A DNA stretch of 64,000 bases from a virus, in the UHGV virus genome UHGV-0390448, one strand, 5' to 3'. The notes beneath the pieces are model-generated. The model searched no databases. It was given only the letters and a program-made list of their open reading frames with translations, and was not told where the DNA came from. Made by a program: the position numbers and the translations under genes. This document shows positions 57,870-64,000 of this stretch, in pieces. Position 1 is the stretch's first letter, and each line of letters begins with the position of its first letter.

Positions 57870-57900
57870 ACTGTCTAAAAAGATTGTTAGAAAATTAATT
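57870..57900. promoter_or_regulatory. Tandem operator-like sites between the recombinase gene and the downstream operon
   Basis: actgtctaaaaag + attgttagaaaattaatt; the second is a full match to the TGTTAGAAAAYTAA family. Confidence 0.55.
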
Positions 57901-58928
57901 CAGGAATCCATCAGGCGACTATTTGCACCAACGGATGCCCCGCTACGGCGCAAATATCGCATAAGTGTTTCGGGCTTTTTCCATGTGCCTTCCTGCATGA
58001 TCTCGACCATTGACACCTGTTTCTCAGCCATATCAATTGCCGCACCAACACGCGCACTATGACCTGTCCACGTCCGGTATCTTCCTTTGTTCGGCGTGGC
58101 ATCTCGCTTATTCAGCAATCCCCAGGCATCGCTGAATATTTTCTCCATCGCAGGAGCAGTAAGAGGCGTTGTCGTGATTCTGGCTTTATTACTGCGGTGT
58201 ATTGGCGGGAATAGCACCGCGTCCGGATGTTCACGAAGTCCGGACACCTCCAGCCAGTCGTTTAGCACGGCGGTAGTGCAACGAGAAAGCACCTTATCAA
58301 GTCCGGCGGCGGTCGTGATGGTCTTCGTGTGTGAAATATGCAGCGTTACAGTGTCACCTGTTTGGTCCAGATCTCCGACACGGATGCGCGAGATTTCTGA
58401 CATACGCATCAGGGTATTGTATGCCACGAAGAGAAACGCCCGATTGCGCAGGTCCACCAGCCGCTCGGAACGGGACAGCAATACGTCGAGCAATTTCAGA
58501 TCATCCCACCGCAACGGTATAGCCTGGCCTGTACGCTCGCCTTTTTCCGTTGCCGCTTCGCGCCGGATGCGCCGCATGGCCAGAGATACACTTTTATCGT
58601 CTGACAGCGGCGGTAGGCCGCATTGCGAAAGCAGCATGTTAAGCATGGCATAGTGCTTATCAATGGTGGTCGAAGCCAGATCGGCTTCATGCAACTGGAG
58701 AAGATACTCGCGGGCCATTTCCGGCGTAATCGGGAACCAGGGGCGCTGGCGCGAATTACACCACCGCGCCCAGGAATGAAAGACCAGACGGAGATCACGA
58801 AGTGTATTTGGGGCATAAGCTCCCTGGTCGTTCATGAACTGCATAAAGTTTTTTGCAGCTTCCTGGTATTCGGTGCCAATATCGCGCAGAAAACCGCCAG
58901 AACCGCCGGAGATAACTAGTTCACCCAT
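57900..58928 (-). CDS. Cre-family tyrosine recombinase (Dre-like)
   Basis: 342 aa, collinear with P1 Cre (WFP..PE..R.YLL.L, VSL.MRRIR, IRNLAF..AYNTL.R..EI.RIRV.D, W.GHSARVGAA.DMA, EIMQ.G.W, .Y.R.); about 45-50 percent identity by eye; catalytic R/H/R/W/Y positions conserved. Confidence 0.9.
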   Translation of the reverse strand: MGELVISGGSGGFLRDIGTEYQEAAKNFMQFMNDQGAYAPNTLRDLRLVFHSWARWCNSRQRPWFPITPEMAREYLLQLHEADLASTTIDKHYAMLNMLLSQCGLPPLSDDKSVSLAMRRIRREAATEKGERTGQAIPLRWDDLKLLDVLLSRSERLVDLRNRAFLFVAYNTLMRMSEISRIRVGDLDQTGDTVTLHISHTKTITTAAGLDKVLSRCTTAVLNDWLEVSGLREHPDAVLFPPIHRSNKARITTTPLTAPAMEKIFSDAWGLLNKRDATPNKGRYRTWTGHSARVGAAIDMAEKQVSMVEIMQEGTWKKPETLMRYLRRSGASVGANSRLMDS

Positions 58929-59079
58929 GAAACTATTAAACCTCTATATACAGATGACGCTACGTGAAAAATAGAAAACTGACAGGGTAGTTATAAGTTA
59001 ATTTTCAAAATTCAAGCCTTTGATTCGAGGCATGATTTTTCATCCTTGTCAATACTACCTGTTTACTGGAGATTATAGC

Positions 59080-59113
59080 CTAACTTTAAATAATGCCAAT
59101 TATTTAAAGTTAG
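59080..59113. other. lox-type recombination site (rox-like): 13-bp inverted arms around an 8-bp spacer
   Basis: cTAACTTTAAATA-ATGCCAAT-TATTTAAAGTTAg; arms are perfect inverted repeats and share TAACTT...ATA with loxP arms; the 32-bp core equals the rox sequence as I recall it; 150 bp upstream of the recombinase gene. Confidence 0.85.
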
Positions 59114-59194
59114 AAATCGGGACTTTTTTCCCAAAAAAACACCGGCAAGATCACTTCGCAAATCTGTCAGCCATGCGGTAGCCGTTTCCTGGTT

Positions 59195-59297
59195 ACATTT
59201 TCTAATAGGAACAATCAAAAAAAAGCGGTTTTATCCTTTACTCACCTTGTTATTCAGCATAAATTTGTCACAGGACTTTTATGTTAGAAAACTAAAT
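59195..59297. promoter_or_regulatory. Two operator-like sites upstream of the 59310 ORF
   Basis: acattttctaatagg (59195-59209, inverted) and ttatgttagaaaactaaat (59279-59297). Confidence 0.55.
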
Positions 59298-59309
59298 CGA
59301 GTAGGAATA

Positions 59310-60347
59310 ATGAGTAAGAAGTCGATCGAGAATGAGTACAAACGGTTCCTGCAAACCGCTGAACGGTGGAAAGAGCTGGTGGTCGCAAACTCTGTTTTCC
59401 ATGATACCAGTTACGTTGGCGAGGAATTTCGCCATGTTGCATTAACACATGATCCGGCTGTATTAGAAGAAGCTGAAAAATGCATAGCCGAATGGAAAGC
59501 CTTTGTTGATCTGTGTCGCAAGGATGATGACAAAGCCTCAAACATTGTTGAGTCGGTTTATTTACCGATCCCATTCATTGTTGAGGATACTAATCAGAGT
59601 ACGCATATCGTTATGCAAAGCGCAACCACAACGAGAACATTTACGCGCGAAGACCTGCTGAAAAAATACGATAAAACTATAAAGAAAAGCATGAAAAACA
59701 GGATCTTTTCACAGGTTGTCGGTGCGCTTGAAGAAGAACGCAGATTCTTCGCCGCAGAACGTGAGGGCGAGGTATACCGCGCAAGAAAAGAAGGTTATAC
59801 CGATGTGGTGATTACCACCAATATCGAGGGCAACAATGGACTTTCACGCTTCAGAGTGGGTACGCACGGTGCGCTGATCTTTGCAAAAAAAGCAAACACA
59901 GAGATTCCCGTTGTTAACAACGTTGGTGAGCGCCGCACCCTTACCATTTACACTGGCATTAAACCGCTTCCGTGCGGACTTCTCGGCGAATTTGACCTTT
60001 ATCGGGTTCGTGACCTGGAAAAGCAGCAGCCAAGCTATGTCGTGAAGTCATATATCCTGAGAAACATTGATATCCGCAATCAGAGTTTAAAAAACAAATC
60101 AGAGAAAATGCTGTCCGAAGCCGATCCAGCCATACACCAGATCGTTAGCCGGAAAATTCAAGAAGCTAAAGATGCAATGGCAAGGCTGGATAAAATGGAC
60201 CTGGAACTACTGGAAGTTATGATTGCCTCCGGCGATGACCTGACAGGCATCCGCCTTACTGAAGCCAGGAAAAAATACGGTAAAAGCGTTGAAGAACGCT
60301 ATGGGTACACATTCACACAAACGATGTACGCGGCAAAACTCTGGTAA
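59310..60347 (+). CDS. Hypothetical protein in the position of the immunity repressor (between lox-like site and pacB)
   Basis: 345 aa from ATG 59310 (RBS AGTAGGA); operator-like sites in its 5-prime region. I could not recognise similarity to P1 C1, so the repressor assignment is positional only. Confidence 0.4.
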   Translation: MSKKSIENEYKRFLQTAERWKELVVANSVFHDTSYVGEEFRHVALTHDPAVLEEAEKCIAEWKAFVDLCRKDDDKASNIVESVYLPIPFIVEDTNQSTHIVMQSATTTRTFTREDLLKKYDKTIKKSMKNRIFSQVVGALEEERRFFAAEREGEVYRARKEGYTDVVITTNIEGNNGLSRFRVGTHGALIFAKKANTEIPVVNNVGERRTLTIYTGIKPLPCGLLGEFDLYRVRDLEKQQPSYVVKSYILRNIDIRNQSLKNKSEKMLSEADPAIHQIVSRKIQEAKDAMARLDKMDLELLEVMIASGDDLTGIRLTEARKKYGKSVEERYGYTFTQTMYAAKLW

Positions 60348-60364
60348 TCGCAAGCCACCCACAA

Positions 60365-60386
60365 GCCCCGAATCGCCGGGGCTTTT
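60365..60386 (+). terminator. Terminator between the convergent 59310 ORF and pacB
   Basis: gccccg-aatcgc-cggggc followed by tttt. Confidence 0.6.
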
Positions 60387-61893
60387 AAATGTCAATATCA
60401 GGAATATCCACTTCTGCCAACACCTGATCGCGGAATGTTGCTAGTTCTGCGCCAATGTCTTCATTAGCAGGCACGTAATCCACCAGCATAGTGAAGCAGT
60501 AGGTATCCCATCTGTCCGGCGACTTGATGTTTAACTTCTGCCGCATGTGCTCCTTGCGCATCATCGCCACCTTCCCTTCTTCGTTAAGCATATACGGGAT
60601 TTTTGATGCCTGATCGGCAGTTTTGGGGTCACTATCGATACGCATACGCCCTGATTTAATGGCATCCCCTGCCATAATATTGGCGTAAGCACGCTGATTG
60701 ACAAAGCGTTCTCTGTCTCTTAGCGCAAACATAGGTTTACCCCAACGGATGCGAACGGGATTAGCACCACGGCGGACAAGCTGCGCACACGTATCTGAAC
60801 CAAAGCCATCAGCATCCACAGCAATGGTGATGTTCGGGTATTTATCAGGAGTGCATTCGTTATAGATAAAGTCGGCAAAAGCCAACGGGTCCATAGTGCC
60901 TGGCATCTCCAGTATCTTAAAGTTCACAACACGTCGTTTCTCACGATAACCGGATACTTTGCATATATTGAGCACCGATTTGTCGCGACCATTACCGACG
61001 TCAGCGGTCGCTACCCAGCCCCAATCTTTCTCCAGCAACACTTTACGCCGTGCGGCGCGGTCGCACTCATCACGACCAAGCAAATACCCGTTAATTGCAC
61101 GCGGGAACTGGCCCAGCACCTTAACCATGTACTCCAGCGAATCCCTGCCGCCGTACTCCAGCAATTTCTCACGAATAAAGCTCGGTTCAACGAATGGAGA
61201 TTCTTCAGAGTTAAGGACTATTGCCGTCCAGACTCCTTCCGGATTGCCTTCTGCCTTTGCCCTTGAATGGTGGGATTCATAAAAGTAACCGCTTGGACGC
61301 GTAGGCTGGGAAAGCATGAGCATACGGTTATCTTTCTGCGTTAACGCCCCCGTCATGACGTTAATCGCCTTATCTGATATGCCCGATGCTTCATCAAGGA
61401 TTAGCAGTAAATGCTCCGCGTGCTCCCCCGCCAGTGCCTCTTCGTTACCGAGTCGATAACCTTTACAGAGCACTTCCCATATCCCTTTACGGGAACGCTC
61501 ATAAAACATGGTGTCAGACAGGACAAAATAGGTCTGTAACCAGCCGTGGCGCTTAACAGCATTCGCCCAAAACTGTTTCACGTATTTGAATACGCCTGTT
61601 TTTACCTGGCCTATTTTGTTCGCAACAATAATGACGCGGGCGTCGGGGAACAGGATCATAAAAATTAGTAGCAACATCGCGGTAAGGGACGACTTACCCG
61701 TTCCGTGTCCGGACGTAACGGTCGTCCTGCTCCCCGTCTCCTGCACTGACTGAATGATCTGCTGCTGCTGGTGGGAGGGGAACATCCCAAAAATATCGAC
61801 AACCGCCTGGGTAAAGTTGTATCGATACCTGATAACCATATCGCGCCAACGTGGATCACTGGTGACGCACTTAATCTTACGACCACCAGCCAT
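60385..61893 (-). CDS. pacB: Terminase large subunit (PacB-like)
   Basis: 502 aa; N-terminal ATPase with Walker A-like SGHGTGKSS and Walker B LLLILDEA, C-terminal RNaseH-like nuclease region with conserved acidic residues; start overlaps the upstream stop (TAATG). Confidence 0.8.
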   Translation of the reverse strand: MAGGRKIKCVTSDPRWRDMVIRYRYNFTQAVVDIFGMFPSHQQQQIIQSVQETGSRTTVTSGHGTGKSSLTAMLLLIFMILFPDARVIIVANKIGQVKTGVFKYVKQFWANAVKRHGWLQTYFVLSDTMFYERSRKGIWEVLCKGYRLGNEEALAGEHAEHLLLILDEASGISDKAINVMTGALTQKDNRMLMLSQPTRPSGYFYESHHSRAKAEGNPEGVWTAIVLNSEESPFVEPSFIREKLLEYGGRDSLEYMVKVLGQFPRAINGYLLGRDECDRAARRKVLLEKDWGWVATADVGNGRDKSVLNICKVSGYREKRRVVNFKILEMPGTMDPLAFADFIYNECTPDKYPNITIAVDADGFGSDTCAQLVRRGANPVRIRWGKPMFALRDRERFVNQRAYANIMAGDAIKSGRMRIDSDPKTADQASKIPYMLNEEGKVAMMRKEHMRQKLNIKSPDRWDTYCFTMLVDYVPANEDIGAELATFRDQVLAEVDIPDIDI

Positions 61894-63257
61894 TAGTCAT
61901 CCTCCGGCTGGTCTATCGCAATCTCGTCATCTACAGCATCAAAACCGGTATCCCCCGCGTCATAATCACCGTAGATATCAGCCGTGGCGGAAGGGTCTAT
62001 ATTCAGGTCTTCATCATTGGCCTCAAATTCACCGGCTTTACGTTCTCCGTTCCGGTCGTAATCCCCCATCCCAAGCCTATCAACGATTTTCGCTACTTCA
62101 GCCCGGCGTTGTGCAAGCCATTGTGGGAGTCCAGCTTGTTGCTCGGCAAACTGCTTCGCCTCTTTATCCAGTTGCTCATCATCAACATCGTTAACGTCAG
62201 AAACCGGAGGCTCCAGAAGTGAGATCGCTTTTGCCGCTCGTGCCGCCAGGATAGCCGGGACACTGACGCCCTGCCGCTCGATATATTCAGCAACGCCTAT
62301 ATCGTCCAGCTCCTCGCGCTCACGCATACGTATAGCGGCGGCGATAACTCTGGCGGCGCGTGCGTCAGCGCCAATGCGATACTCAATCTCTTTGCCACGC
62401 TGCTCGGCTTGCAGGCGAGTAATCGCCAGTTTTTCTCTGGCCTCAGCCTCTCTGAATGCCTGCTGGCGCGCGCCCTGCGCAAGTTTTTCATCCCCCTGGC
62501 GTAGCTTCTGCTCGGTCTGGTAGATGGCAGCCAACCTACTGATAAAGTCATTCATGTAGTAGGCCGCATCGCTTATTAGGCCGAGAAGACGCTGCCCTGG
62601 GTGCATTCCCTCTGGCTGTGTATCGCCGAGGGCGTCAATCTCTTCCTGTAGTCGTTCCGCTTCCTGGTCAACGATGGCCTGATACTGAATTGCTCGTTCC
62701 TGCGCCATCTGTATCGCAAGTCGTAAATGTTCAGTCGCGCCGTTCTTCATCATCTCACGGGCGACGTTGGTGGCAGGCAAAGTGGCGCTTTGAGCTGATG
62801 AGTCAGGGATCATTTGCAATGATCCCTTGTTTCGTTGGGCTTTTTCGCTGCTTTTAGGGATCATTTCCCCCATTTCATCACAAAATGATCCCCTTACATC
62901 CTTGTGTATCTTATTGTTATTACTTGGCTTTTCTTTGTGATCCGCATTTTGTTTTTGCGGCATGGCGCGGAATCGTCCACCAGCTAACGATTTGTCAGTT
63001 TTTGTAAATTCTGTGCTTTTATCAGCCTTTTTTTGCTCTTTTTTTGGGCTTGTGGCGCTACTTTTTGCGCGCTGTTTTGTACTTTTCCCGGCAGCCTTAG
63101 CTTTCGCTTTAACCTCGTTTTTTTTCATATTGAGATGCTTTCTGGCGGTGTTAAAGCTGAGGTCATGCTGCTCGCAATATTCTTTTATGGTGATCCCGGT
63201 TTCTTCTCTTAACTCCAGGAACTTAGCTCGATGCGCTTCCCAGTTAATTAACGTCAT
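61893..63257 (-). CDS. pacA: Terminase small subunit-like protein (PacA-like) containing the candidate pac site
   Basis: 454 aa, N-terminal HTH-like region, immediately upstream of and translationally coupled to the large-subunit gene; GATC-heptamer cluster inside the coding sequence. Confidence 0.6.
   Translation of the reverse strand: MTLINWEAHRAKFLELREETGITIKEYCEQHDLSFNTARKHLNMKKNEVKAKAKAAGKSTKQRAKSSATSPKKEQKKADKSTEFTKTDKSLAGGRFRAMPQKQNADHKEKPSNNNKIHKDVRGSFCDEMGEMIPKSSEKAQRNKGSLQMIPDSSAQSATLPATNVAREMMKNGATEHLRLAIQMAQERAIQYQAIVDQEAERLQEEIDALGDTQPEGMHPGQRLLGLISDAAYYMNDFISRLAAIYQTEQKLRQGDEKLAQGARQQAFREAEAREKLAITRLQAEQRGKEIEYRIGADARAARVIAAAIRMREREELDDIGVAEYIERQGVSVPAILAARAAKAISLLEPPVSDVNDVDDEQLDKEAKQFAEQQAGLPQWLAQRRAEVAKIVDRLGMGDYDRNGERKAGEFEANDEDLNIDPSATADIYGDYDAGDTGFDAVDDEIAIDQPEDD
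62805..62946. other. Candidate pac site: five GATC sites in TGATCC(C)/GGGATCA heptamers as inverted pairs
   Basis: agggatcatt-tgc-aatgatccct (62805-62827), tagggatcattt ... aaatgatcccct (62855-62894), tgtgatccgc (62937-62946); analogous to the hexanucleotide/Dam-site architecture of the P1 pac site. Confidence 0.5.
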
Positions 63258-63646
63258 AGGGAAGCCTCACGTTTTTTCACAGCGGCGTTCCATAGCTGGT
63301 TAGTCATCGCCACCAACTGACGCTGCTCCTTTCGTAATTGAGCTTCTATCTTTCGGTTGGTGTTTTTCACCAACAGCCGACCGAATTCAGGAGTGCGCCC
63401 GCGCACCTTGAACTGGTATCCATTCAGGCCATGTAGCCAATATTTCCGGGGGTATACGCGGTCGTCTATTTCGCAAATGGCACGACTGGAACGAACAAAA
63501 AAACGTATGATGTTATTTACGTTTACGCGCGACACATGAAGGTGAGGATATTGTGCTTTTGCACGGCTGGTGATTTCGGTGACCGTCAGATAGCAGTCAG
63601 CCCTGATCATGATATCCGCTATTTCGGCGCTACTGATTTGCTCCAT
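63254..63646 (-). CDS. Hypothetical protein upstream of pacA (late-promoter-activator position)
   Basis: 130-aa ORF with ATGA overlap to pacA; operator-like site about 80 nt upstream; Lpa-like role inferred only from P1 gene order. Confidence 0.35.
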   Translation of the reverse strand: MEQISSAEIADIMIRADCYLTVTEITSRAKAQYPHLHVSRVNVNNIIRFFVRSSRAICEIDDRVYPRKYWLHGLNGYQFKVRGRTPEFGRLLVKNTNRKIEAQLRKEQRQLVAMTNQLWNAAVKKREASL

Positions 63647-63721
63647 TTATCCCCCGGATAGAAAAAGACCGAGGGGATGATAATCAGCTTGTTAATACTG
63701 AGAAGACTGTCAAAAACATGA

Positions 63722-63740
63722 TGTATTAGAAAATTAATAT
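63722..63740. promoter_or_regulatory. Operator-like site upstream of the 63254-63646 / pacA / pacB operon
   Basis: tgtattagaaaattaatat. Confidence 0.5.
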
Positions 63741-63753
63741 TAACTTACTAACA

Positions 63754-63999
63754 CTACCAGCGGGATAAACGAACAACATGCTTAACTTTTGCCTCCCACT
63801 TCCCTTTATGTTTGTTGATCACCGCCTGCGCCATCTTCAGACTGGCTTCAAAATCGGCTTTTCGACCACTATTGCCCACCAGCAACGCTCCGTCTATTTC
63901 GGGTAAGCATAAGTAATCCTGCTCGACGGTAAGCGGCATTGATGATGTAACCTGGCAGGCTTTCCATCTGAAGCGTATGCGCACACTCCTGACTGACAT
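63754..63999 (-). CDS. Hypothetical ORF, possibly extending past the window end
   Basis: 81-aa ORF whose first in-window Met is at the window edge; cannot tell whether the true start lies beyond. Confidence 0.3.
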   Translation of the reverse strand: MSVRSVRIRFRWKACQVTSSMPLTVEQDYLCLPEIDGALLVGNSGRKADFEASLKMAQAVINKHKGKWEAKVKHVVRLSRW

Positions 64000-64000
64000 C

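Noticed and set aside
57900-59113. Tyrosine recombinase interpreted as an integrase with an attP site
   Set aside because: The protein is collinear with Cre rather than lambda-type integrases, the adjacent site is a symmetric lox-type site (13-bp arms, 8-bp spacer) rather than an att core with arm sites, and the element carries its own replicon and partition systems, consistent with plasmid rather than integrated maintenance.
61893-63257. 454-aa HTH protein as a transposase or IS element
   Set aside because: No terminal inverted repeats or target-site duplications; it is translationally coupled to the terminase large subunit and contains the GATC-heptamer cluster, fitting a PacA-type small terminase.

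Overview
This window reads as a large segment of a P1-family phage-plasmid (myovirus-type virion genes plus plasmid-maintenance modules), most likely phage D6 or a close relative; no database search was run, so every call rests on motifs I recognise by eye. The evidence for that identity is a Cre-family recombinase (57900-58928, minus) about 150 bp from a 32-34 bp palindrome that matches, as far as I recall, the published rox site of Dre; a near-identical Phd/Doc pair; HumD; an RdgC-like gene followed by a fused Dcm+Dam methyltransferase; and a PacA/PacB-like terminase pair with a GATC-heptamer cluster inside pacA. Plasmid maintenance is composite: RepA with a DnaA box, GATC heptamers and iterons (10.0-11.4 kb), a ParM/ParR actin-type partition system, and a second small ParA/ParG-type system. 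A recurring motif TGTTAGAAAAYTAA marks at least eight promoter regions and looks like a dispersed C1-like operator regulon. A c4-like antisense RNA, an icd-like ORF and a Rha-family antirepressor form an immI-like operon. The best candidate for something undescribed is the operator-controlled operon just downstream of the recombinase (53.9-57.8 kb): a terminase-ATPase paralog with degenerate Walker motifs and no nuclease domain, an acidic-tailed protein, a DUF2829 (Tad2-like) fusion, dUTPase and two small proteins. A second candidate is a two-gene SWIM-zinc-finger module (31.9-33.4 kb) flanked by toxin-antitoxin loci. Gene starts, and functions of genes labelled hypothetical, are provisional.
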